From the NCBI GenBank assembly GCA_963701855.1, contig CAVPBK010000004.1, positions 224,001-288,000 on the forward strand: a stretch of 64,000 nt of DNA, read 5' to 3'. The notes under the pieces were generated by a model. The model was not told the DNA's origin. It saw only the letters and a list, made by a program, of their open reading frames with translations, and did no database searches. The position numbers and the translations under genes were made by a program. This document shows positions 44,581 through 53,237 of the stretch, piece by piece (the first letter of the stretch is position 1; every line of letters starts with the position of its first letter). This DNA comes from Nitrospirota bacterium (lineage in GTDB: Bacteria; Nitrospirota; Nitrospiria; Nitrospirales; Nitrospiraceae).

Positions 44581-44727
44581 CATCAATTTTTCAAACTGAG
44601 CACTTTGAGTCAGTTCCCATCCGGCCAAGGGTCCAGCATGATCGTATGGTTTAGAGGCAGCGTTTGATTGTCGCCTGACACGTGAACAGTATCCACGGCT
44701 CTCGACGAGAGCGGAACAGGAGGACTT

Positions 44728-44916
44728 ATGGCATGCGCACGATGCGGTGGGTTTCTAGTGATTGAGGACTGGGATGGTTTCGTCAGCAGTTTCCGTGAGA
44801 AGCAGCTCCGGAGTATGGAATGTGTGAGATGTGTAAACTGTGGGTCCATCGACGATGCCGTGACCCTTGCGAATCGTCGTATTGAAAGGAGCACGATATG
44901 CTGTACTACGCACTGA
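44728..44916 (+). CDS. Small CxxC...CxxC zinc-ribbon protein
   Basis: AGGAGG RBS; MACARCGG...RCVNCGSIDD...NR. Confidence 0.7.
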   Translation: MACARCGGFLVIEDWDGFVSSFREKQLRSMECVRCVNCGSIDDAVTLANRRIERSTICCTTH

Positions 44917-45065
44917 TGTTCTTGGTGATTGGAGTGATTGCCGGAGCTCTGAATATGGCCGGGGTGGCCGCGGTGGCGGTTCAGATTTCCTGGATCCTGT
45001 TATTGATCGGGATCGTGTTGCTGGTAATCCATCTGATCACGAATCGCTCCATCCGGGCCGTCTGA
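44898..45065 (+). CDS. DUF1328/UPF0391 (YtjA-like) small membrane protein, 55 aa (not in the ORF track)
   Basis: AAGGAG RBS; MLYYALMFLVIGVIAGALNMAGVAAVAVQISWILLLIGIVLLVIHLITNRSIRAV*. Confidence 0.85.
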   Translation: MLYYALMFLVIGVIAGALNMAGVAAVAVQISWILLLIGIVLLVIHLITNRSIRAV

Positions 45066-45352
45066 TCAGCAGATTCATCTGAACCAGAGCGTGGATCGAC
45101 GATCGACCGTTGTGGCTATTCAGGGAGATTCCGATGCAACTGGCAGACACCCCCGGTAAGGGGGATCGTATTGAGGCGCAGGTGAACCCTGAAAATCATG
45201 CGCTGTCGATTCGCTCAGCCCGAGGAACTGAGTAGGCATTGTTCTAGTGAACATCTGCAGGTGAGCGACGCGAGAATTTGCCGCAGCCGTCTTTTAGTGC
45301 TTAGCCAAGTGCAGGTTTCATGTTTTTCATTTTTTTTAACAGGGAGATTCAC

Positions 45353-45628
45353 ATGAGCAGATTCATGATTGTCGCAATGGCATTTCTATTCGTGTTCGTT
45401 GGAATGCAGCAGCTTGCCCAAGCCGATGAGGTGAAGGCCGCTGTTGAAGATGCGAAGGGAAAAGCGAACGCGAACGCTGAGAAGGCCAAAGGGGAAGCGA
45501 AAGCCCTCACGGAAGAAGCCCAAGGGAATAAGGTGAAAGGCGAGATGGAACGGGCGAAAGGACAAACCAAAGCAGCCGGAAAGCGAATTAAAGGCGAAGC
45601 GAAAGAACTGAAAGCCAAGACAGAGTAA
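45353..45628 (+). CDS. Exported Ala/Lys/Glu-rich (CsbD/LEA-like) protein
   Basis: AGGGAG RBS; signal peptide followed by repeated AKG(E/K/Q)AK units. Confidence 0.7.
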   Translation: MSRFMIVAMAFLFVFVGMQQLAQADEVKAAVEDAKGKANANAEKAKGEAKALTEEAQGNKVKGEMERAKGQTKAAGKRIKGEAKELKAKTE

Positions 45629-45876
45629 ATAGGCCGACCGGGTGGGGGCTAATTGACCAGATTGTTTCCTATCTTCTCGCCAGCATGATTAGGTGTGTTC
45701 GGTCGTCCCTCGTTCAGCGATCTCACATATCTCGGAACAAGGGGTCATAGACCTGCGAACACCGCTGAGGGATGGGGTTGCCAGGCGAGTTCCGAGTTCC
45801 ATGTGGAGGGGTTAGTAAAAAACAAAACTCGACTTGTCCAAAATTAGGTGGGGCCGTACAGGCATCGAGAGAAAGG

Positions 45877-45906
45877 TGGCTGGCCGACTCTCATGAGTCG
45901 ACCAGC
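45877..45906 (-). terminator. Stem-loop immediately downstream of the precursor-peptide gene
   Basis: GGCTGGCCGACTC-TCAT-GAGTCGACCAGCC, followed on the minus strand by ACCTTTCTCTC. Confidence 0.5.
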
Positions 45907-45918
45907 CCCGAGGTTTAT

Positions 45919-46062
45919 CTAGCGATGGCCATTGGAATGGCCAAACAAACGGCCAAACGCGTTCCCATGATGACCGCCAGAAGCCTTTGCAGTGATGTCC
46001 CGCAGCAACTCGTGCGTCACGAGCGCTGGCTGGACATACGCCTCTTTCTTCTCTGTGTTCAT
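45919..46062 (-). CDS. Putative RiPP precursor peptide with a lasso-type leader, 47 aa (not in the ORF track)
   Basis: MNTEKKEAYVQPALVTHELLRDITA-KASGGHHGNAFGRLFGHSNGHR*. Carries YxxPxL and a Thr at -2. Its AAGGAGG RBS overlaps the end of the PqqD gene. Confidence 0.78.
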   Translation of the reverse strand: MNTEKKEAYVQPALVTHELLRDITAKASGGHHGNAFGRLFGHSNGHR

Positions 46063-46068
46063 TCTTCC

Positions 46069-46410
46069 TCACCTCCTTTCCTGTTGAAGTAGTTTCTCCT
46101 GGACCAGATGGTTGACCAGGGAAACAAGATCGTCCCGGGCTTGCTCGGGGGCGACATCAAAGCGGTCGCTCAGTACCGCATGAATGTCGCTGATGGTGTT
46201 GTGGCCGGTACAGTGCTCCCAAATGACGCTGCCCAACCGGTTCAGGGTGTAGTACCGCCCGGTGCTCAGGTTCAACAGCACCGTCTCGCCATCCAGGCTC
46301 GTGCCCTGCACATCGGGGCTGGGCCGGAGGATGATTCGACCCAGCATCGTGCGGTCGATGGCAGGCTCTGTTGCGAATAGTGGTGGAGTCGTCCGCAGTG
46401 GGTCCGCCAT
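46069..46410 (-). CDS. Stand-alone PqqD-family RiPP recognition element
   Basis: LDGETVLLNLSTGRYYTLNRLGSVIWE...I...L..RFDV..EQARDDL..LV..L.QEKLL. GAGGAGG RBS. Confidence 0.9.
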   Translation of the reverse strand: MADPLRTTPPLFATEPAIDRTMLGRIILRPSPDVQGTSLDGETVLLNLSTGRYYTLNRLGSVIWEHCTGHNTISDIHAVLSDRFDVAPEQARDDLVSLVNHLVQEKLLQQERR

Positions 46411-46755
46411 GGGCCTGTCCTCCTCGGTCTGTTGTTCTATGACTTGCGCTATGGCGACAACATTGCGTTGGCCAGTCCAAATTCCCTTAACCACCACAAT
46501 CATCGGTAGAATCTGACTGGGCTCAACTCTGCTCAAAAAATATACTCTGCCGGAACTACCCCCCTAGAGTTCGATACAATAAGGGTTAGCAGGACCAATA
46601 TACTGGTCACTTTTGACCACTATCAGATCTGCGCGAATTGGTTCTGATATAGGGCTGGAGCCAGGTGTACTACGACGTTAGAAATGAGCGCAGGATGGGG
46701 CAGCCATGAGCCGAGGAAGCAGCCGGAAACGAAATGCCACTAATGGAACGGCAGG

Positions 46756-46963
46756 CTAGCAAGCTGCAGAAAAGCCATTTTGCACAGCAGAACTTCAATG
46801 GCCTGCACGTCTGTGACAAGAGGAGATCCCCCTCCGCAGGATGCTCAAAAAGTATGTCCAGCAAGGCCGCAGCACGCGAAGAGGCAATGCGTACTCTTTC
46901 GGTACGTGGAGCCTCTTAAGGAATCGAGAACGCCGCCGGTGGACGTTTTCAGCATCCTGCTAG
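46756..46963. repeat. MITE/REP-like element with terminal IRs and CTAG ends
   Basis: GCAGGATGCTCAAAA (46836) and TTTTCAGCATCCTGC-TAG (46946-46963). A second outer left end CTAGCAAGCTGCAGAAAA lies at 46756. Confidence 0.75.
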
Positions 46964-46996
46964 GAGCCTGTCACAAGTCAGCGAGGTAGGACAGTC

Positions 46997-47460
46997 ATGA
47001 GACGAGCCATGATTACGCTGATCTGGCTTATCACGGCTGCCCTGTTACTCCTTGTTTCACAAGTTGCCTTTGCGAACAGCTTCTCCGCCCCTTGTCTCGG
47101 ACCTCGACGGCGAGACCATCGAAGTCCTCCACAACCAACACCCTGACCGCATCCGCCTCAGCGGCATCGATTGCCCAGAGAAAGGCCGGGCCTACGGGAA
47201 ACGAGCCAAGCAGGCCGCGTCTGAGCTTGTGTTTGGCAAAGAAATCACGCTTCAGACTCACGGCTTCGACAAATACGGGCGTACCCTTGCCGATGTGCTT
47301 TGACCCGATGGCACAAACGTCAACCACTCGCTAGTTAAAGATGGCTGGTGCTGGTGGAATCGGAAGTATGCGCCAGAGAATACGGTGCTAGAAGGGCTGG
47401 AGAAAAACGCACGAGAAGCCAAGAAAGGGTTGTGGGCGGATCCGAATCCCTTGCTCCACC
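46997..47460 (+). pseudogene. Thermonuclease (SNase-like) pseudogene, nearly full length
   Basis: Signal peptide, a frameshift, then DGETIEV...IRLSGIDCPE...DKYGRTLADVL*PDGTNVNHSLVKDGW...AREAKKGLWADPNP. Confidence 0.88.
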
Positions 47461-47582
47461 TGTCGATAAGGGGCAAAGGATCGTTTCGGCTGGTCTGTAG
47501 CGGTACGCCAAAGAGTAGAAATCTTTCTCCACATTTTCCCCAGTTCTGCGGAAACGCTATGCTACAAGCCGCATTGATAGTG

Positions 47583-47674
47583 GAGTGGGTACTTTGAGTT
47601 TTCAGGTGGGTAGTTGGAGGTAGTAACAGACAGTTGCAGGTTGTCAGGCGGTTCAACTCCCCTGCCCTCCACCA
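47583..47674 (+). other. att-like relic: 3' half of a tRNA-Ala-like (or tmRNA-like) sequence preceded by short direct repeats
   Basis: GCAGGTTGTCAGGCGGTTCAACTCCCCTGCCCTCCACCA gives a T-loop and a ...TCCA-CCA end with no 5' half. GTGGGTACT, GTGGGTAGT and GGAGGTAGT lie upstream. Confidence 0.6.
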
Positions 47675-47813
47675 GCTTTTTGACCTGTAGCCAGCCGTAG
47701 TAATCCCGCATAGTCACCCACACTTCGCTGTCAGGTAGCAGGTAGACGAGACGCCGCCCCGTCTTGCGGCTTGATTCGTACCCTTCTAGCCTGGACTTCC
47801 CTGTGCGGTTCCC

Positions 47814-48139
47814 ATGCCCTTCACGCTTCGTCCCTATCGTCGCTTTCTTGTCCAACGCTCCGTCACGTACCACACGGAGTCATTTCAAGGCCAAGGCACA
47901 ATCTTGTATCTCTTGTGTACCGCCTGACGTCTCTCCGGCGATCTGCCCATGCGACCAGGGGAAACGCTCTCGGTGACCGTCGCACTGCCCAATGAGCAAC
48001 GGATAGAAGTACCTAAGACCGTCGTGTGATGGTCGAGGGGTCAGGAGTTTGCGGTTGAGAATATTTCCGTCGAGCCGCACACACATGCATGGCTGCGACA
48101 CTCGTGAAACGATTGGTGCAGAAACCGAGCCATCCATAG
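47814..48139 (+). pseudogene. PilZ-domain protein pseudogene
   Basis: MPFTLRPYRRF...QGQGTI..L..TA*RLSGDLPMRPGETLSVTVALPNEQRIEV..VV*WSRGQEFAVE, with two stops and a late frameshift. Confidence 0.65.
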
Positions 48140-48364
48140 GCACTTGATGAACTCGTAGAGCAATCGATCCGGCAATTCGCCCAGGAGGCACTCCGGAGAC
48201 GTGGTGGGAGAAGGAACATGATTGGGTAAACCGATATGTCTTCGACTATCTTATTAACTACTGTGCCCCTGGTGGCCTGCTGTATGGTTCGGGCCAAATC
48301 GGAATAGAAGTCGGTGTTCCTCAACCGCCAGGTTATAAGAGGAAGGGAGTTCTGCGAGATGTGG

Positions 48365-49789
48365 TTATCTGGGAGCAACCAGGGGCCACCTGTTGAAACT
48401 CTTGATGGCATAGCTGAACCAAGACCCGTTGCTCGCACCCCCCCGTTCGCTATTGGTCGGATGTTCTGGCTTCAACGAAAGTTCCTTGGCTCGACAGGCA
48501 GCATCTTTAAAACGTGGACTCATTAGAGCAATACGGCGGTATACGGTTACCGCTTCTGCTATCTGCCCGACTGATTCGAGGGTCCGTGCGAGAAAATACT
48601 GGACATCGATAACCTCTTCCTGAGATGCCGACTGATCGTTCAAGGCAGCGTGGAACGCCCGAATCGCGGCCCCATGGTCTCCCGCAGACCTGTAGCAGAG
48701 TCCAATCTGCGCCTGAGCTTTCAGTTGATAGGACGGACTCTTTCCCGCCAGCTCGAGCATCTCGATAGCCTCTGTCCATTGGCCTTCCTTCCTCATGGCT
48801 ACTCCCTTTGCATAGAGGAGGGGCTCGAGGGTGCCGACCGAATGCGTGGCTGTGAGTTCCGGAGATGGACTTGCCTGCCTCCACTGCGGTGAGCTGGGTT
48901 GCAGAGGGGCAGCATCGATCTCGCTAGGATCTTCCGGAACATTGGCCCAAACACACAAGCTTTCTCGTGCCGCAAGCGGTAGAATTTTGCTTTTACTTCG
49001 CTCGAAAGCGGCCTGAGCGACGAGCTTGGATGTAATGATCGGAGCCTGCTCTGCAAAGCCATAGGTCAACGCAATATTGGACACCTGATTGATGAGACGA
49101 GGATTACCTCTCGTCAAACGATGCACCAAGGCACAGGCTTTATTCGTAAACAATGAGGGATGTCCGCCGGCAACGTTTAACCGGTGACGAATGTAATGCC
49201 CCGTCTCAGCCTCTGAAAGCGGTTCTAAGTGATAGTCGACGACAACCCGTTGGGCAAACTGAATCATGTCGATCCGTTGCAGTAATATGTGAAGGTCCGG
49301 CTGGCCGGAAAGGATGATCTGCAGCTTCAACGCTTTCCCATCGTTTAAATTGGACAGAAGCCGCAGTTCTTCGAGCAGTTCGGTACCAAGACTCTGGGCT
49401 TCATCAATAAGAAGAATGACCCGTCGGTGCTGTTTAGATTCCTGAATCAGAAACTCCGAGAAGACATGATAGGCCTCAACCGGGTCCAGCTGCTTCTGGC
49501 TCAACCCGAGGGAAAGCAGAACCCAGGGAAGGAGATGTTCAATGTCATAGCGCGCGTTCGTGACAAGACCGATCGAATGCTTCTCCCTATGCTCTGAAAT
49601 AAGTTTCTGCAGGAGGGACGTCTTGCCCATCCCTGGATCGCCGGTGAGCACCATAAACGGCGCCTCGTTGATAAGTCCATACTCCAAGCTGCTGTAGGCC
49701 GCGCGATGCGTGGAGCCGGGATACAGAAAGTCGCTATCCGGCAGGAGCGCGAAAGGTTTGGTCCGAAGATTGTAAACCGACTCGTACAT
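48365..49789 (-). CDS. ExeA/GspA-like AAA ATPase with a C-terminal TPR region
   Basis: YNLRTKPFALLPD, Walker A GDPGMGKT, Walker B LLIDEAQ, LSGQPDL and GNPRLIN. TPR-like helices at the C-terminus. Confidence 0.92.
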   Translation of the reverse strand: MYESVYNLRTKPFALLPDSDFLYPGSTHRAAYSSLEYGLINEAPFMVLTGDPGMGKTSLLQKLISEHREKHSIGLVTNARYDIEHLLPWVLLSLGLSQKQLDPVEAYHVFSEFLIQESKQHRRVILLIDEAQSLGTELLEELRLLSNLNDGKALKLQIILSGQPDLHILLQRIDMIQFAQRVVVDYHLEPLSEAETGHYIRHRLNVAGGHPSLFTNKACALVHRLTRGNPRLINQVSNIALTYGFAEQAPIITSKLVAQAAFERSKSKILPLAARESLCVWANVPEDPSEIDAAPLQPSSPQWRQASPSPELTATHSVGTLEPLLYAKGVAMRKEGQWTEAIEMLELAGKSPSYQLKAQAQIGLCYRSAGDHGAAIRAFHAALNDQSASQEEVIDVQYFLARTLESVGQIAEAVTVYRRIALMSPRFKDAACRAKELSLKPEHPTNSERGGASNGSWFSYAIKSFNRWPLVAPR

Positions 49790-50052
49790 TCAGGGTTACC
49801 TTCCGACAGGAGGAATTTGAATCTAGTGAGAGAGCAGCTTTCGCAAACTAGCAGGGGTTGCTGCCATTTGCCCAGCCTTGTTCAGCCCCGTCTCCAACAC
49901 AGAGACGGGAATTCTTCACCAACGACCGACATCGTAAACTTCGGACTATCCCACGAGTTCTGTTGTTTCCCCTGAGCCATCATGTTATGCGCAGGATAGT
50001 GTGGGAAAGGGGTGCTTGGCCATTCCTCAGGAGGTGGGGAACCTACCCGAAA

Positions 50053-50125
50053 TGGTGGTATCGCAAAACACCGCAGAGCTAATCCGCAGCGGGTGCCGCC
50101 GTGGGAGTGGCGGAAGCGGAAGTGA
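50053..50125 (+). pseudogene. Thermonuclease 3' fragment
   Basis: WWYRK is joined to NPQRVPPWEWRKRK*. Confidence 0.7.
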
Positions 50126-50332
50126 GTTGAGAATCGAGCGGGCCCCAGACTTTCTTCTCCATCGTTCGCATGTCGCCAATGACGTGCGCAATCTCCCCTG
50201 AGGCGATCCTTCCTTCTAAGGCCAGGAACCCTGCTTCCGAGGTACTTCCTTTAGGTCTGTCGCTGGCCAAGACATGCGCTAGTCTTTGTCCATGAGCGAT
50301 ATGTTCCACAGCCTTCACCAAGGAGGACGATC

Positions 50333-50578
50333 ATGACCTGTTCACGCTGCTCTGGTTTCATGGTAGAAGATCACTTCCTAGACCTTCAGGGCTCATATGG
50401 ACAGATGTGGACGGCCAGTTGGCGTTGTGTAAATTGCGGTCGTGTCCACGACTCCGCGATCGAGCAGAATCGCCTGGCCCGACAGGAGAAGGTCTTGGCA
50501 CTCCCAAGTGGTGAGCCAGATTATCAGGATGACGAAGTTCATCTTGGAGCAGAGTCCATCATCAGACAAGCGGCCTGA
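50333..50578 (+). CDS. Small CxxC...CxxC zinc-ribbon protein (81 aa)
   Basis: AAGGAGG RBS; MTCSRCSG...WRCVNCG...NR. Paralog at 54133-54414. Confidence 0.8.
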   Translation: MTCSRCSGFMVEDHFLDLQGSYGQMWTASWRCVNCGRVHDSAIEQNRLARQEKVLALPSGEPDYQDDEVHLGAESIIRQAA

Positions 50579-50888
50579 TGTAACCTGGCCGTGCGACCAC
50601 AATTCTCTGACGCTTAACTCGCTTCCCACGCAGCAAACTGTAAACAGTCGGTGTGAATCTATGCGTCGAGCACCTTGAACAGGCCTCCGCCTGCCGACAC
50701 CGTCTCCCTCCACCCGTCTTTGTCTCACGCCACACAAACCTGACACGATACGGGTCGATACAAAGCGCCCCCATTCGGAGTTACTTCCTTGTGGTCTGTC
50801 CCTCTTCCAAGGCCTCCTCTACGCTTCTCTCTAGAGGAACCGGCCATCGAACCAGGAAGTCACGGAGGGCCGTCAACGAGATACATCC

Positions 50889-51251
50889 ATGGCAACAATA
50901 CTCGTCATTGATGATCAGGAACCAATACGCGCACTCCTCCGTGCCGCGCTGGGAGGGAACGGCCATGAAGTCCTCGAAGCATCGAATGGCCTGCTTGGTC
51001 TTGAGCGGTATCGCGATCGAGCAGCGGACTTAATCATCACCGATATGGCCATGCCTGAGATGAACGGCCTTGAAATGATGTTGGAGCTGAACAGGTGCTT
51101 TCCCAAGGTAAAAATCATCGCTATGTCCGGTGGCCCAGAGAGAGAGGGCGGGCTACAGGCGGCCAAGCTGTTGGGTGCGCGTCAGACGTTTCAAAAGCCC
51201 TTTGATATGAGAGCGTTGCTCGATGCCGTTCGATACGAATTGGCGCATTAG
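50889..51251 (+). CDS. Single-domain response regulator (CheY-like)
   Basis: ILVIDD, DLIITDMAMP, IAMSG, QKPF. Confidence 0.93.
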   Translation: MATILVIDDQEPIRALLRAALGGNGHEVLEASNGLLGLERYRDRAADLIITDMAMPEMNGLEMMLELNRCFPKVKIIAMSGGPEREGGLQAAKLLGARQTFQKPFDMRALLDAVRYELAH

Positions 51252-51449
51252 CGGCCAAGGATGACGCCTCCCCAGATCGCTAAAGCGCAATGGCTGGCGC
51301 GGGAGCGGGAACCGAAGGGATTGCACGCCTTTGGCTGAGTCACGCCATGCCAATATCCGTCTGCCGATCAATACCACCATTTTCTTTCCCACTTCTCGCC
51401 TTGCGGTTTCCTCAGTCCATTCCTAGAATACGCCACCCCGCGAGACCCC

Positions 51450-51797
51450 TATGCCATTCTCTGGGTGCTGAGTAGTGGATCGGCGTTTCGGAGTGGCAGG
51501 AGTGACTATATACGCCGATCCAGGCACCATTCGCCGCAAAGGGAATCTGGTGAAGGTGTGGCATGTGAACGACTTCAAGACTGTACAAATCGTAAAGGGC
51601 AACTCGTATTTGTCTATCAAGACGCAACACCAGCAAGACTGCACAGGAGACTGTGAACGGATACTTGCGCTTATGACGTTCTCTGGAAATATGGGGAATG
51701 GGAAGGTGGTCTATAGAGACTCACATGAAGGAAAGTGGAGACCTGTTGCACCAGGGAGCCTCACGATCTAGGGGAACTTGTCTGCAACAAGCAGTGA
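51450..51797 (+). pseudogene. Surface-adhesin-E-like exported protein, disrupted
   Basis: TIYADPGTIRRKGNLVKVW...DC...FSGNMGNGKVV...W.PVAPGS. The signal region is out of frame and there is a premature stop near the end. Confidence 0.55.
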
Positions 51798-51858
51798 TCG
51801 CGCAGATAACTCTGTTTGGTTCGATAACGCAGCGGGGGACGACGCACTGACCATACAA

Positions 51859-52242
51859 AGTGTCGAGCACAACGGTCATGAGAAGCTCTCCTGGAACTGG
51901 TGTTGCAGTTGCACGGCGAGTTCAGAAAACGTTTGGAGCCGATCTGCGTGACACCGCTCCAAGTGGGCGTGATTCTCTTTCTGCGTCGTCATGCTGACAC
52001 CAAACTGACGGATTCCGCAACCGCGTTGTGTGTCAGGCCGCCGACTCTGAGTGAGGCGGCACGAGACCTTTTGCGGAAGCGGTGGGCTATTAAGCGACGG
52101 TCGGTCCAGGATCGCCGTGCCGTGCACTTGTTGCTCAATCGGCGTGGTCACGCGCTCGCCCTCAAAAATGGAGCAGCGGATCCGCCACGTGGAGGGCACG
52201 CTGACCGAACAGGACCGAAGAGCCCCGGGCATCCGCATATAG
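51859..52242 (+). pseudogene. MarR-family regulator, frameshifted
   Basis: VTPLQVGVILFL, RPPTLSE, RRSVQDRRAVHLLLNRRG. The N- and C-termini fall in other frames. Confidence 0.7.
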
Positions 52243-52335
52243 AGTAGACACTTTCGCAATCCTTCGGTGGCGGTGGGGCATGGGAGACGAAAAACCGTCC
52301 TTACAGCACTGGCGGGAAAATCGGCGTAGGCGATG

Positions 52336-52824
52336 CTAGGGTGCCTTGCAGATCGACGCTAGAGCTGCCAACCTCGTCCGAAGAAAATTTCTGATATTGT
52401 TCCACTGCACATCCCCGCTCACCATGCCTATAGGTGTTTGTGCATTTTGGAATCGGCTCTTCGCTGTCGGCCCACCAATTTGAAGAAGCACGGCTCTTGT
52501 CTCTGCGGCCCATATCCCCGCTTCTTTACCCCATCTCGCCGTGAATTCATCTCTCTGATCTCGAAAGGTTCCGGCCCTTCTACTCTGCCAGTACTCATTA
52601 TCAATGCGTTCTCTCAGTGCGTACCCATGCTCAAGCTGTTTGGTACATCTAGGGGCTGATGGAGTTGCGGCTGTTTGCCCCTCGGTTGTCTCTGGGGGCT
52701 TTTCAACTTCTCCATTATCCTGGCGCACTGTCCGCTCATCAGTGGTTGGTACCTTGAGCGGCGCGCTGCAGGCACTGAGAATTAGAAAGAGAAAAATACC
52801 AAGCAGTTTGTTTGCCATTGACAT
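52336..52824 (-). CDS. Putative lipoprotein
   Basis: MANKLLGIFLFLILSA-C lipobox. Confidence 0.7.
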   Translation of the reverse strand: MSMANKLLGIFLFLILSACSAPLKVPTTDERTVRQDNGEVEKPPETTEGQTAATPSAPRCTKQLEHGYALRERIDNEYWQSRRAGTFRDQRDEFTARWGKEAGIWAAETRAVLLQIGGPTAKSRFQNAQTPIGMVSGDVQWNNIRNFLRTRLAALASICKAP

Positions 52825-52920
52825 GTGCTCACCTTGCAGGTCCGGTTCAGAAGGATAGCTATTTCGACAAGCACAAGCAACTTCTATAGGAGCCGTCTTC
52901 ATCTTCTATTAAGGACGGAG

Positions 52921-52974
52921 TGTAGTGCTCCCCTGAAATCAAGCCACCTGGGTTGATTTCAGGGGAGCACTACA
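52921..52974. mobile_element. 54-bp TG...CA miniature IS relic (two fused terminal IRs)
   Basis: Perfect 22-bp IR TGTAGTGCTCCCCTGAAATCAA / TTGATTTCAGGGGAGCACTACA around a 10-bp spacer. Confidence 0.7.
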
Positions 52975-53167
52975 GTGGTCTTCAGGAAAGACATTACCGT
53001 CCAGACCTATGGTCACGACAAATACAAGCACACCCTCGCCGATGTGCTTCTACCCGATGGCACCAACGTCAATCATACGATGGCCAAAGACGGTTGATGC
53101 TGGTGGTATCGAAAGTATGTGCCAGGGAGTACGACGCTAGAGAGGCTAGAAGTCGAGGCGCGAGAGG
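52975..53167 (+). pseudogene. Thermonuclease internal fragment
   Basis: VVFRKDITVQTYGHDKYKHTLADVLLPDGTNVNHTMAKDG*CWWYRKYVPGSTTLERLEVEARE. Confidence 0.85.
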
Positions 53168-53237
53168 TGAGAATCTCTGGGGTATTGTGGAAGGCACGAG
53201 CCCCCATCCGTTGAGACGCTATGTGGATGTTCTTTGG

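Noticed and set aside
45919..46062. Canonical lasso peptide
   Set aside because: The core has no Asp or Glu acceptor and the window has no cyclase or peptidase gene. Kept only as a lasso-type-leader precursor.
47600..47674. Intact tRNA gene
   Set aside because: No 5' acceptor strand or D-arm can be paired. Only a 3' fragment is present.
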